Shown: positions 19,734 to 29,496, counted from the stretch's first letter. The stretch is DNA of 32,000 nucleotides from Methylorubrum extorquens (GCA_900234795.1 LT962688.1:3900001-3932000), one strand, 5' to 3'. The notes: a model not told the origin generated them from the sequence alone. Numbers and translations: made by a program.

Positions 19734-19803
19734 CGCTCTCGGCGGAGCCCGTGTGGCCCGCCGCCCGTTGCGTGAGGACGCCGCCCGTCCGAGAACACTG
19801 ACG

Positions 19804-20355
19804 ATGAAGACTGCCGATTGCGACATCCTGATCCTGCCGGGCTATGCCGGCTCCGAGGAGGAGCACTGGCAGGCGCGCTGGGCGGCCCGGCTCAAGACCG
19901 CGCGGATCGTCGCGCAGGACGACTGGCACCGGCCCGATCCGGAGGCGTGGCGTGCCCGCGTCGCGGAGGCGGTTGCGGCGGCGACCCGGCCCGTGATTCT
20001 CATCGCCCACAGCCTCGGCGTCGTCGCGGCGGTGGAGGCCGCACCGCGCTTCCCCGAAGGCGTCGTGCGCGGGGCCCTGCTGGTGGCCTTCCCCGACATC
20101 GAGGCGGGGGCGGACCTGCCCGAGAGCGTGCGCGCCTTCGCGCCGGTGCCGCGCGATCCGCTGCCCTTCCCGTCGCTGCTGGTGGCGAGCCGCACCGACC
20201 CGCACTGCACCTACGAGCGGGCGGAGGATTACGCCTATGCCTGGGGCTCGGCGCTGGTGGATGCGGGCGAGGCCGGCCACATCAACGTCGCGAGCGGGCA
20301 CGGGCCGTGGCCGGAGGGCCTGATGCGGCTGGCCGGCTTTCTCGCGCCGCTTTAG
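19804..20355 (+). CDS. RBBP9/YdeN-like alpha/beta serine hydrolase (183 aa)
   Basis: From ATG 19804 the translation reads ILILPGYAGSEEEHWQARW. The nucleophile elbow AHSLG, and D and GHIN near the C-terminus, follow the PF06821-type pattern. Confidence 0.72.
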   Translation: MKTADCDILILPGYAGSEEEHWQARWAARLKTARIVAQDDWHRPDPEAWRARVAEAVAAATRPVILIAHSLGVVAAVEAAPRFPEGVVRGALLVAFPDIEAGADLPESVRAFAPVPRDPLPFPSLLVASRTDPHCTYERAEDYAYAWGSALVDAGEAGHINVASGHGPWPEGLMRLAGFLAPL

Positions 20356-20563
20356 TCGGGCCGATCCGCCGGGGAGCCGAATAGGGTATTGCCGATCAGG
20401 GAGTTGCCGGATTTTCCGTCAAATGCAGGTGCCTAGGGATGGGAATGCAGTTCTAAAAAGTTTCTTCGATCCGGGGCGAATCGGGAACTTAAATTTCCTC
20501 AATTGCTTTCTCCGGGCAGACCGGCCGGCAGTGTCGGTCGGATAATTTCGGAGGGACGCCATC

Positions 20564-20950
20564 GTGACGCTCACGAAGACCATCGCTACCGCCACCGCTT
20601 TCGCCTTCATCGCCGGCTCTGCGCTCGCCGCTCCGTGCAACACGGGCAGCACCAACGCCAAGGCCCCCGGAGATTCCGCTGCTGCCAACAGCAGCACCGG
20701 CAGCGGCGCCGATGCGGGTTCGAAGAACCTCGCGGGTGGCCAGCAGCCGGCTTCGCCCGGCACCGTCGGCGCGATGAACAATGTCGGCGCCGGTCAGGGC
20801 GTCGGCAACAAGCCGGGCTCGGACCAGACCAGCTCGGCCAAGAACACCGCCGGCGGCGACCAGCCGGCCGCCCCGGGCACGGTTGGCGCGATGAACGCCG
20901 CCGGCCATGACCAGAAGCTCGGCGAGAAGAAGGGCGGCGACGACTGCTGA
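20564..20950 (+). CDS. Secreted low-complexity protein with two 25-aa internal repeats and a terminal Cys (128 aa)
   Basis: The GTG start lies 7 nt after GGAGGGA. The signal is TATAFAFIAGSALA/AP. Repeats KNLAGGQQPASPGTVGAMNNVGAGQ (20723-20797) and KNTAGGDQPAAPGTVGAMNAAGHDQ (20840-20914) are present. A strong terminator follows the gene. Confidence 0.62.
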   Translation: MTLTKTIATATAFAFIAGSALAAPCNTGSTNAKAPGDSAAANSSTGSGADAGSKNLAGGQQPASPGTVGAMNNVGAGQGVGNKPGSDQTSSAKNTAGGDQPAAPGTVGAMNAAGHDQKLGEKKGGDDC

Positions 20951-20977
20951 TCGCCGCACTCACTCAGCCGTAACGAA

Positions 20978-21013
20978 AAGAAGCTCCCAGGCCGCCCGGC
21001 CTGGGAGCTTCTT
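20978..21013. terminator. Rho-independent (probably bidirectional) terminator between convergent genes
   Basis: Perfect 16-bp stem AAGAAGCTCCCAGGCC / GGCCTGGGAGCTTCTT with a GCCC loop. It starts 28 nt after the stop at 20950. Confidence 0.75.
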
Positions 21014-21083
21014 GCTTTCGGGGCGCCGCCCCGGTCCCCGCCCAAGGCATGATCCCTTTGGGGATGATCCCTTTGGAATCTTA

Positions 21084-22106
21084 TTATTCCTTTGGTTCGC
21101 TAGTCCGAAAAAGCTGGCCGGCGACGTCGTTGACCGTAGGTGGGCTGACGCGGACGAAGGGTAAGGGCCGGCAGACGGCCACCGCCGCGAGGCCGAACCG
21201 GGCGGTCATCAGGCCGTTGAGCACGCCCTCACCGAGCTTGGCCGAGACGCGGGCGGCGAGCCCGAGGCCGAGCACCTGGTGCAGCATGCCCTCGCCGACC
21301 GCCATGCCGCCGGTGACGGTGAGATGGGCGAAGGCCGCGCGGGCGAGCCGCAGGAAGCCGAGCAGGCCGGGCCGCCCGCCGTAGATCGCCGCGATCCGGC
21401 GCAGCAGCCGGGCGGCGGAGAACACCACGAAGGCGACATCGACGATGGCCCGCGGGCTGAGCGCCGTGACCGCCGAGACTTGGCTCGCAGCCTGGGCGAT
21501 GGCCGCCTTGGCCTGCCGGTCGAGGGGTGCGAGCAACTCGCCCTCGGCCAAAGCCAGCCGGTCGTCCACATCGAGGATCGCGTCGCCCACTGCATCGAGC
21601 CGGCGGATGGCGCCTGCCAGCGCCGGCCGGTCGGCGTAGAAGCCGCGCAGCTCCTGCACCACGCCCTGCGCCGCGGTGTGGTCGCGGGTCGTGAGGGCGG
21701 CCAATGCGCGCTCGCGCAACGCCTCGATCTTGCGCTCGCGCCAGACGCCGAGTGCCTCGCGGGCGACGATCGCCGTGAGCGCGATCACGGCGACGGCGAG
21801 GAGCGCGAGCGCGACCCCGCCGAGCCAGGGCGCGGTGGCGAACAAGTCGGCGATCAGCCGTTCCAGCGAGAGCCCGACGGCGATGGTGACGAGGCCGCCG
21901 AGCGCGCTGAACAGGATCGACAGCCACGGCGCCCGCCGCTTGGGCGCCACCGGCACGGCAACGCCGTCGGCGGCGTCCACGATCTCGTAGGGCTCGTCGA
22001 CGAGGCGCACCTCCGGCCGCGGCGGGGCTTCGGCGGTCGCGGCCTCCGGCAGAGGCTGGTCGGCGGCGGGGATGCGGAAGGCGCGCGGGCGCTGCGGGTT
22101 GGTCAC
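21084..22106 (-). CDS. ycjF: YcjF-family (UPF0283) inner-membrane protein (340 aa)
   Basis: The GTG start overlaps the ycjX stop (GTGA at 22106-22103). The topology is a charged N-terminus, two central TMs (WLSILFSALGGLVTIAVGL, WLGGVALALLAVAVIALTAIV) and a C-terminal hydrophobic region. The pairing with ycjX is conserved. Confidence 0.78.
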   Translation of the reverse strand: MTNPQRPRAFRIPAADQPLPEAATAEAPPRPEVRLVDEPYEIVDAADGVAVPVAPKRRAPWLSILFSALGGLVTIAVGLSLERLIADLFATAPWLGGVALALLAVAVIALTAIVAREALGVWRERKIEALRERALAALTTRDHTAAQGVVQELRGFYADRPALAGAIRRLDAVGDAILDVDDRLALAEGELLAPLDRQAKAAIAQAASQVSAVTALSPRAIVDVAFVVFSAARLLRRIAAIYGGRPGLLGFLRLARAAFAHLTVTGGMAVGEGMLHQVLGLGLAARVSAKLGEGVLNGLMTARFGLAAVAVCRPLPFVRVSPPTVNDVAGQLFRTSEPKE

Positions 22107-23551
22107 GTCAGCTTGTCCCCGATCAGGAACTGCATGGCCCGGTCGAGCCGGATTTGCGGCAGGTGGCCCGCTCGACCGAGCGCGTCGGGCTTCACCGGCG
22201 GCGGGCGGAAGCGGGGGAAGCGGAACGAGCCCGCCGGAACCGCGCCGTCGAGCACCGCCTGCGGGTCCGCGGGCAACTCGCCGGGAAACACCGCGGCCTC
22301 CGACAGCCCGTCGAAGATCTCGTCGCCGACATGCTCGCCCGCCTCCGGCGTGCCGGAGACCGCGCGGAGCACTTCGCCGCCGTCATGGACCGTGGTCTCG
22401 CGGGTGGCGCGGACGGAGGCGAGCGCCACGGTGCCGACCCGCGCGCCCGCGGCCTCGGTGCGGCGCATCGCCCGCGAAACGAGGAGGCGCAGCAGCGCGT
22501 CGAGCCGGTCGTGGCTCGACTGGTGGAGGTGGTCGGCCTTGGTCGCGGCGAACATGATCCGCTCGGCCCGCGGCGCGAAGAAGCGCGAGAGCAGGCTGTT
22601 GCGCCCGATCCGGAAGGCGAGCAGCACCGCGTCCAGCGCTTCCTCCAGTTCGGCGAGGGCTGCCGGGCCGGAATCGACCGCCGAGAGCACATCGACCAGC
22701 ACGATCTGCCGATCGACGCGCTGGAAATGCTCGCGGAAGAACGGCTCCACCACCTTGCTCTTGTAGGCCTCGAAGCGACGCTCCATCAGGGCGCCGAGGC
22801 TGCCGGGCACCTGGTTTTCCGCCAGACGGTCGAGGGGCGCGAAGGTCAGCATCGGCGAGCCGGCCAGATCGCCCGGCATCAGGAAGCGCCCCGGCGGCGT
22901 GGTGGCGACCGATTCCGCGCCGGCGCGCAGCGCCCCGAGATAGGCCTTGAAGGCGTTGGCGGCGCGCTCGGCCAGCACCTCGTCGAGGGGGGCCGCGGGG
23001 TCGAGTTCCTGCATCAATGCGAGCCAGGGGGCGGCGATCTCGGCCCGGCCGGCCCGGCGGGTGCCGGCGATGGTCGCGCGCGACCACGCCACATAGCTCT
23101 GATCGACCAAAGCGAGGTCGAGCAGCCATTCGCCGGGATAATCCACCACATCGAGCATCAGCGTGCCCGGGCCCGAGCGCCAGCCGCCCGCGCGCTCGTA
23201 CTCGATCTCCAGGCGGAGCTGGCTGATCCGGTCGGTCGAGCCCGGCCAGCGCCGGGCCTCGGTGAGCGCGGAAAAGTTCTCCTCGAAGGGGAAGCGCGGC
23301 ACGTCGTCGTCGGGTTGCGGCACCAGTCGGGCCCGGCGCAGCCGGCCCGCCTGCGCCGGCTCGAAGGCCGGCAGGGCGTGGCCCTCCACGAGATGATGGA
23401 TCAGCGCGGTGGTGAACACCGTCTTGCCGGAGCGGGCGAGACCGGTGACGCCGAGCCTCAGCGTCGGCTGGATCAGGAGATCGCTGGAGGCTTCGGCGAA
23501 GGCCTTGATCGCGGAGCCCGCTTGCGCGGCGTAGTCGAAGAGGGGCGGCAA
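22103..23551 (-). CDS. ycjX: YcjX-family P-loop NTPase (DUF463), 482 aa
   Basis: The N-terminal LRLGVTGLARSGKTVFTTALIHHL (Walker A) resembles E. coli YcjX LRLAVTGLSRSGKTAFITSL. Length and partner gene fit. Confidence 0.82.
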   Translation of the reverse strand: MPPLFDYAAQAGSAIKAFAEASSDLLIQPTLRLGVTGLARSGKTVFTTALIHHLVEGHALPAFEPAQAGRLRRARLVPQPDDDVPRFPFEENFSALTEARRWPGSTDRISQLRLEIEYERAGGWRSGPGTLMLDVVDYPGEWLLDLALVDQSYVAWSRATIAGTRRAGRAEIAAPWLALMQELDPAAPLDEVLAERAANAFKAYLGALRAGAESVATTPPGRFLMPGDLAGSPMLTFAPLDRLAENQVPGSLGALMERRFEAYKSKVVEPFFREHFQRVDRQIVLVDVLSAVDSGPAALAELEEALDAVLLAFRIGRNSLLSRFFAPRAERIMFAATKADHLHQSSHDRLDALLRLLVSRAMRRTEAAGARVGTVALASVRATRETTVHDGGEVLRAVSGTPEAGEHVGDEIFDGLSEAAVFPGELPADPQAVLDGAVPAGSFRFPRFRPPPVKPDALGRAGHLPQIRLDRAMQFLIGDKLT

Positions 23552-23651
23552 GGCAGGCTCTGGCGGCAGGCTTCGGCGGGGAAGCGGGACGGGCTGTCAG
23601 GTGGCGCGGGACGGCTGCGATCTCAAGACGCGGAAAGGCCTCGGAGGCATC

Positions 23652-26600
23652 TCACGCCGCCCGGAGGGCCCTGATCGTACCGAGCGTATCCGTCCGCAGC
23701 ATCGCGAGGCGGTGGATCAGGGCGGGAAGCGCGCCGCCGTCCCGGCAGGCGTCCTCGATCTCCCGGCACAGCCCGGACAGGGCGAGGAAGCCGAGGGCGC
23801 CCGCCGCGGCGACCATGGCGTGGGCATCGTAGGCGAGTTGCTCGCGGTCGAAATCGGTCCGGCCCGGCTCGGCCCCCTCCGGGAGGAAGCGCAGCTCGAG
23901 GTCGAGTTCGAGCAGGGACAGGAGCGACAGCACCCGCTCGCGGCCCATCGTGGCCTGCACGGCGGCAAAGGCGGCGCGGTCGAGCAACGGCTCGCCGTCG
24001 CCGTGCCCGCGATCCGCGAAATCCGGCGGCCCGGTTTCGGGGCGACGCCCGAGAATGTCTCCGGGCGGAGGCGCTGGGGATACCGCCTCCCGCGCCCGCT
24101 CGGCGCCGACGACCCGCCAGTGCTCGATCACCGCGCAGAGCTGGGCGCGCTTGAACGGCTTGCCGACATGGTCGTCCATGCCCGCTGCGATGAATTCCTG
24201 CACCTGCCCGTCGAGGACGTTGGCGGTCATCGCCACGATCGGCAGGCGGGCGGCAGGCCCCGTCATGGCGCGGATGCGGCGCGTCGCGGTGAGGCCGTCC
24301 ATGCCCGGCATCTGCACGTCCATCAGCACGACGGCGTAAGGGTCGGTGCCGGCCTCCTCCGGGCCATAGGTGGCCTCGACGGCCGCGATCGCTGCGTTCC
24401 CGTCACCCGCCACATCGACGCGGTAGCCCTGCACCTCCAGCACGGCGCGGGCCAGCGTCTGGTTGATCGGCACGTCCTCCACGAGCAGGAGCCGGGCCGG
24501 TCGTGCCGCCTCCGGGCGATGCGGGCCGGTCGCCGGCTGCGCGGCGGGTGGCGTGGTGGCGCGTGGCAGGGCCAGGGTGAACCAGAAGGTCGAGCCGGCG
24601 CCCTCCCGGCTCTCGACGCCGATCGCGCCCCCCATCATGGTGACGAGGCGATGGCAGATCGCGAGCCCCAGGCCCGACCCGCCGAAGCGCCGGCTGATCG
24701 AGCCGTCGACCTGGCTGAAGGGCTTGAACAGCCGGTGCCGCTGCGAGGGCGCGATGCCGATGCCGGTGTCGCTGATCTCGAAGCGCAAAGCCTCCGCAGT
24801 GCCGCCGTCGGCGCCCGGGACGGAGCCCTCGTAGCGGGCGGTGAGGACGACGGAGCCGGCCGGCGTGAACTTGACCGCGTTGTTGAGCAGGTTGAACAGC
24901 ACCTGCCGCAGGCGGTTCGCGTCGCCGACCACGCTCGCGGGCAGATCCGGATCGATCCGCGCCTCGACGGTCAGCGCGCTCTTGAGGGCGGTGCCGCGCA
25001 TGATCGCGACCGTGTCCTCGATCAGCTTGCCCAGGGCGAAGGGAAGCGGGTCGAGTTCGAGTTGGCCAGCCTCGATCTTGGAGACGTCGAGAACGTCGTT
25101 CACCACGGTGAGCAGGGACTCGCCCGAGACGCGGATCAGCTCCAGGCGGCGCTGATCCTCCGGATCGTGGTCCCTCCGGTCGAGGAGCAGGTCGGCATAG
25201 CCGAGAATTCCGTTCAGCGGCGTGCGGATCTCGTGGCTCATAGCCGCGAGGAACTCGCTCTTGGCCGCACTCGCCCGCTCCGCCTCCACCGTGGCGGCGC
25301 GGGCCTCGGCGGTGGCGGCGCGCAGAGCCGCCTCGGCCGCCTTGCGCTCGGTGATGTCGAGATGCAGCCCGAGCATCCGGTAGGGGCGGCCGTCGCTCTC
25401 GTAGAGCGTGCGGCCGGAGGTGTAGAGCCAGCGCTGGCCCACCCGGTATTCCGCGATGAAGCGGGACCGGGAATCGACGGCGTGGTGGATCCGGTTCCAA
25501 GCCTCGACAACATCGTCGGGGTGGATGGTCGCGGTCCATTCCGTCGGCGACAGGGCGCGCGGTTCACCGGTCTCGGGCAGACCGTAGAGGCGCACGCTCT
25601 CCGGCGACAGCACCGTGATGCCGGTGCGCAGGTTCCAGTCGAAGGTGCCGGCCTCCGCGCCCTCCAGGGCGATGCCGAGCAGGCGGCTCGTATCCTCCAC
25701 CGCCAGCCGCGCGGAGACGATCTCGTCGATGTCGAGCGCGGTGCCGATCCACTCGGTGATCCCGGCCGGGTCGCCCGCGTTGCGGATCGGGGTGATCGAC
25801 AGCTTGTGCCAGCGGTAGGAGCCGTCCCGCGCCTGCAGGCGCCACTGACCGTCATAGCCCTGGCCGCTGGCCTGAGCCGCCTGCCACGCGGCCTCCATGG
25901 CGGGCGCGTCGTCGGGATGGTTGCGGGCGAGCCGCTGCACCCGCGCGGCGCCGATCGGGCCGTAGTAATCCTCGAAGCGCGTGTTGACGTAGGTCGCCTC
26001 GCCGCTGTCCGGATCGACGGTCCAGACGAGCAGCGGCAGGGCGTCGGCGAGGCTGCGGTAGCGCATCTCGCTGCGGCGCATCTCCGCCCGGATCTGCACC
26101 CGGTCGGTCACGTCCATGAGGATGCCGAACAATCCGATCGTCCGGCCCGCCTCGTCGGTCTTGCAGGTGCCGCGCACCATCACGTCGCGGATCGTTTTGT
26201 CGGGCCGCACGAACCGCGTCTCGACCTCGAAATCCTGCCCGCCCGCGATCGCCGCGGCGATGATGGCCTCGACGCGCCCCCGATCCGCGGGATGACACAA
26301 CTGGGCGAGGCCGGGATGTCGGGTCGTCGGCGCCGCGGCATCGAGGCCGGCGATGCGCAGGAGACTCTCGGAGTAGATCGGTTGGCCGCTGGCGAAGTTG
26401 AGACGCCAATGCCCGACCTGGGCGATCTGCTCGGCCATGGTGAGGAGGGAGTTGGCGCTTGCCCGCCGCTCGATCTCCACGCCCTGGGCGCGGATCGTGC
26501 TCTCATGAATCTGCCGCAGCGCCCGCTCGCTGGCGAAGGCGAGGTTGTCGCGCCGCAGCCGCATCTGCGCCGTCACGATCTCGGCGAGGTCGCGCAGGGC

Positions 26601-27029
26601 TGCCGCGTCCTCCGGGGTGAAATCGCGCGGCTGCGGATCGGCGAGGCAGAGGGAGCCGAGCCGCACGCCCGGCCGCAGGATCAGCGGTGCGCCGGCGTAA
26701 AACACGATGTGAGGCGGGCCGGTCACGATCTCGAGACCTGAAAAGCGCGGGTCGCGGCGGGCATCGGGGACGACGAGCATCGCATCCTGCGCGATCGTCC
26801 GATCGCAGAAGGAGCCTGCGCGCGACGTCTGCGTCGGCATGATGCCGACGCAGGCCTTCAGCCATTGCCGCTCGGCATCGACCAGGGAGATGTAGGCGAT
26901 CGCGACCCCGAACAGGCGCTGCGCCGTCCGGCACACGGCGTCGAACTGCGCCTCGGGATCGCTATCCAGAATGCGCAGCGCGTGCAGGGCCGCGAGGCGC
27001 TCGGCCTCGCTCGCCGCTCCCGTGGTCAC
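23652..27029 (-). CDS. Hybrid sensor histidine kinase: GAF, multiple PAS/PAC, HisKA, HATPase_c, REC, Hpt (1125 aa from GTG 27029)
   Basis: GAF-like N-terminus: [21 protein letters not shown]...[22 protein letters not shown]-box [16 protein letters not shown] boxes ([23 protein letters not shown]), receiver [10 protein letters not shown]...[12 protein letters not shown], and a C-terminal Hpt-like [12 protein letters not shown] are present. The start was chosen because GTG 27029 overlaps the upstream gene's TGA (GTGA). The ORF-track ATG 27230 would overlap that gene by 205 nt. Confidence 0.85.
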   Translation of the reverse strand: MTTGAASEAERLAALHALRILDSDPEAQFDAVCRTAQRLFGVAIAYISLVDAERQWLKACVGIMPTQTSRAGSFCDRTIAQDAMLVVPDARRDPRFSGLEIVTGPPHIVFYAGAPLILRPGVRLGSLCLADPQPRDFTPEDAAALRDLAEIVTAQMRLRRDNLAFASERALRQIHESTIRAQGVEIERRASANSLLTMAEQIAQVGHWRLNFASGQPIYSESLLRIAGLDAAAPTTRHPGLAQLCHPADRGRVEAIIAAAIAGGQDFEVETRFVRPDKTIRDVMVRGTCKTDEAGRTIGLFGILMDVTDRVQIRAEMRRSEMRYRSLADALPLLVWTVDPDSGEATYVNTRFEDYYGPIGAARVQRLARNHPDDAPAMEAAWQAAQASGQGYDGQWRLQARDGSYRWHKLSITPIRNAGDPAGITEWIGTALDIDEIVSARLAVEDTSRLLGIALEGAEAGTFDWNLRTGITVLSPESVRLYGLPETGEPRALSPTEWTATIHPDDVVEAWNRIHHAVDSRSRFIAEYRVGQRWLYTSGRTLYESDGRPYRMLGLHLDITERKAAEAALRAATAEARAATVEAERASAAKSEFLAAMSHEIRTPLNGILGYADLLLDRRDHDPEDQRRLELIRVSGESLLTVVNDVLDVSKIEAGQLELDPLPFALGKLIEDTVAIMRGTALKSALTVEARIDPDLPASVVGDANRLRQVLFNLLNNAVKFTPAGSVVLTARYEGSVPGADGGTAEALRFEISDTGIGIAPSQRHRLFKPFSQVDGSISRRFGGSGLGLAICHRLVTMMGGAIGVESREGAGSTFWFTLALPRATTPPAAQPATGPHRPEAARPARLLLVEDVPINQTLARAVLEVQGYRVDVAGDGNAAIAAVEATYGPEEAGTDPYAVVLMDVQMPGMDGLTATRRIRAMTGPAARLPIVAMTANVLDGQVQEFIAAGMDDHVGKPFKRAQLCAVIEHWRVVGAERAREAVSPAPPPGDILGRRPETGPPDFADRGHGDGEPLLDRAAFAAVQATMGRERVLSLLSLLELDLELRFLPEGAEPGRTDFDREQLAYDAHAMVAAAGALGFLALSGLCREIEDACRDGGALPALIHRLAMLRTDTLGTIRALRAA

Positions 27030-28441
27030 GGCCTCACCTTCGTTCCGGACACCTCGCCCCGGCCTCCGATCCTCTTCTCGCGCGCTCCACCGGTCCCGCT
27101 CGGCGCTGCAACGCTCGGATGTCCTCCGATGCGCCGCGGGAGGAGGAGGGTCAAGGGCGCGGGTGCCGCGCGCAGGCGAGCTACCTCCAGTGCCCAGACC
27201 ATCCCCAGCATCATGTAGACGTGGCGCCACTTCTCCACGTCGATCTGCATCGCCTGGAGGAAGAACATCAGCAGCGCCGGGAACACGATCTGCGCGTAGG
27301 CCCGGTAGGGCGAGGGACGCAGCATCAGCCGGAAGCCGACGAAGGAGGTCGCCGCCACGAGGGCGATGAACGCGGCGCCCGCGAGCCAGCCGCCGTTGGC
27401 GAAGCTGCCGATGTAGGAGTTATGCGGCTCCAGATTGAAGATCTGGCGCCAGCGCAGGGGCCCGAGGCCGAGCGGCTCCTCCAGCAGCATCCCCATGCCG
27501 CGGATCTGGTTGCCGAAGCGGCCGGTCTCGCCCTCGTCATAGTCCTGCGTGACCGCGGCGCGGGTCTGGAAGGTCTGGGCGACGCTGTCGATCGAGAGCA
27601 GCCCGGCCAGCGCGACCGCGCCGAAGCCGATGGTGACGAGACCGAGCGTCACGATCCGCCGCCGCAGGGCTCGCGAGCGGCTCGTCGTGTAGAGCGCCAC
27701 GACCATGACGGCGACCGCCACCACCGTCCCACCCCAGGAGCCGCGGGAGAAGGACAGGAAGATGCCCGCCATCACCACGACGAGGCTGAGCAGCGACAGG
27801 ATCGGCCACCGGGTCGCGCCAGAGAGGAGGCGGTGGATCAGGTAGAGGGCGCCGAGCGTCAGGAACGAGCCGAACACGTTCGGGTCCTGGAAGGTGCCCG
27901 AGGCGCGGCCGTACTTGTAGAACAGATCCTCGATGCCGAGGAGTTGCAGGTAGCCGACGATGCCGAGACCCGCCGAGAGCACGCAGCTCGCGGTATAGGC
28001 CTTTAGCGCGACCTCGATGCGCGCCTGCGTGTCGTCGGCGTAGAGCATCGCGAAGAAGATGCAGGTGGCCGCGAGGTAGAAGAGCTGCACGGTCCACGTC
28101 ACGGACAGCGGCTCGTTGAGATAGGGCAGCAGCGCGATCCCCATCGCCGTGAGGTAGGCGAGGAGCAGGAGCACGAGGGGCAGCGCCCCCCGGTGCAAGC
28201 GGATGCCGAGCGCCAGCCACAGCACGATTGTCGGAATCGCGACGAGGTCGTAGGGCGAGGCGTCCGAGAAGGCGAAGCAGGCAAAAAAGATGAACGCCGC
28301 GTGGAGGCCGCTCGCGAGGCCCTGGACCGCGCGCAGGGCGGGGACGCGGCCCCAAGCGCCCGCGGCCCAGGGTGACGAGCCCGCCGCCCATGGCGACGCG
28401 GCGGCCGTCGCACCTGTCGGCGCGGCTGTCATGGAAGACAT
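27026..28441 (-). CDS. O-antigen ligase / Wzy_C-like (ExoQ-type) polytopic membrane protein (~471 aa)
   Basis: It has roughly 10-12 hydrophobic segments and a periplasmic-loop motif region (FSRGSWGG ... [17 protein letters not shown], the H-N-x-Y pattern of Wzy_C). The start is uncertain: GTG 28480, ATG 28441 or ATG 28432. Confidence 0.72.
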   Translation of the reverse strand: MSSMTAAPTGATAAASPWAAGSSPWAAGAWGRVPALRAVQGLASGLHAAFIFFACFAFSDASPYDLVAIPTIVLWLALGIRLHRGALPLVLLLLAYLTAMGIALLPYLNEPLSVTWTVQLFYLAATCIFFAMLYADDTQARIEVALKAYTASCVLSAGLGIVGYLQLLGIEDLFYKYGRASGTFQDPNVFGSFLTLGALYLIHRLLSGATRWPILSLLSLVVVMAGIFLSFSRGSWGGTVVAVAVMVVALYTTSRSRALRRRIVTLGLVTIGFGAVALAGLLSIDSVAQTFQTRAAVTQDYDEGETGRFGNQIRGMGMLLEEPLGLGPLRWRQIFNLEPHNSYIGSFANGGWLAGAAFIALVAATSFVGFRLMLRPSPYRAYAQIVFPALLMFFLQAMQIDVEKWRHVYMMLGMVWALEVARLRAAPAPLTLLLPRRIGGHPSVAAPSGTGGAREKRIGGRGEVSGTKVRP

Positions 28442-29019
28442 CGGCGAACTCGAACTCTCGCGGGGCACCGCGCACGCCACCCGCCCGAGCCCCGCGACGC
28501 GGCACCCGGCGGGATTGCGGACCCCTCAACCGGGCTGATCGAACCACCGAAAGGTTGCGTTTTAACCAACAGCCCCGGATGCGCAGCTCGCTGCCCTCCT
28601 TTCGAGGTGCGGAACGTGACGGCCGGCAAACCTGAGATCATCGTTCCGTGCGTGCAGGGCGTCAGCGGCCGCTGCCTACGAGCGATGCCCAGGACGGGGG
28701 CACAGCGTATTTGGAATGACAAGTCCGAGACGGCGCGCTCGACCATCGCGGACACATCGCGACGGCTGATGTGCCAATGCTGTCTTCTTGAATAATAGTT
28801 CTACTCGAAGAGGGGCGATCTAGCGGTAATTTTCATCCAGATCGGATCGGTCTCGACTTTGCCGGGACCGCGCCAAAAAAGTCAGCCGCGCAGTTGTTCC
28901 GTCTCACCGCGTGCGCCACGGCACGTCACTGAGGACAACCACTCCCCATATTCAACTTACCGAAGAAAAGGAAGGTCTGGATCGCCAGACTATCCCGAGA
29001 TTGATTGTTGGAGAGATTG

Positions 29020-29271
29020 ATGAACACTCGTATCGCTGCTGCCGTCGCCGCCATTGTCCTGGGTGTCGCCCCGGTCACGTCGGCTCTGGCCTTCAGCCAA
29101 AGCCATGCCCGCCCGATCCCGATGACGTCCGGCTGGACCGGCTCCCTCGGCGTCCATGATGGCCCGTCCTACGCGGCCTGCCCGATGAACTCGGCCGCGG
29201 AAGGCAACGCCAACCAGCAGAACTTCCCGGTCAAGCAGTACGGCCAGACCACGGGCGGCAACCGCTGCTGA
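29020..29271 (+). CDS. Small secreted protein, unknown function (83 aa), C-terminal Cys
   Basis: ATG 29020 lies 4-5 nt after GGAGAG. The Sec signal is MNTRIAAAVAAIVLGVAPVTSALA/FS. GC3 is high. A 22-nt perfect palindrome GCCCGATCCGGCCGGATCGGGC (29278-29299) follows. Confidence 0.6.
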   Translation: MNTRIAAAVAAIVLGVAPVTSALAFSQSHARPIPMTSGWTGSLGVHDGPSYAACPMNSAAEGNANQQNFPVKQYGQTTGGNRC

Positions 29272-29394
29272 GTCCCGGCCCGATCCGGCCGGATCGGGCA
29301 TGATCTCTCAGGCCTTATTCTTACGCTCTCCGTCTCGCCGCACCGGCATCGGCGATGAGCATTTCGATTGGATACGAATGGAGGATTTCGACAG

Positions 29395-29496
29395 ATGCGG
29401 ATGATGCAGGCGTTTTCTTACGGGATGATCGGTGCGCTCGCGCTCGGCCTCGCGACCACCGTGATCGGTTCCGCGAACGTGTTGCTCAACCTCTGA
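29395..29496 (+). CDS. Candidate 33-aa hydrophobic membrane peptide (MRMMQAFSYGMIGALALGLATTVIGSANVLLNL)
   Basis: It is below the ORF-track size cutoff. GGAGGA lies 9 nt upstream of ATG 29395. 29 of 33 codons end in G/C, matching genome bias, unlike the overlapping 67-aa track ORF. One TM helix is predicted. A canonical terminator lies 70 nt downstream. Confidence 0.45.
   Translation: MRMMQAFSYGMIGALALGLATTVIGSANVLLNL

Noticed and set aside
23601-26741. 1046-aa plus-strand ORF
   Set aside because: It is entirely antisense to the hybrid histidine kinase, whose H, N, G, REC and Hpt motifs are clear. Its composition is Arg/Gly/Ala-rich.
27029-27230. Kinase start at ATG 27230 as in the ORF track
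   Set aside because: The 67 extra residues are Arg/Gly/Pro-rich and would overlap the 3' end of the Wzy_C-like gene by 205 nt. GTG 27029 gives a GTGA coupling and begins right at the GAF domain. This remains unproven.
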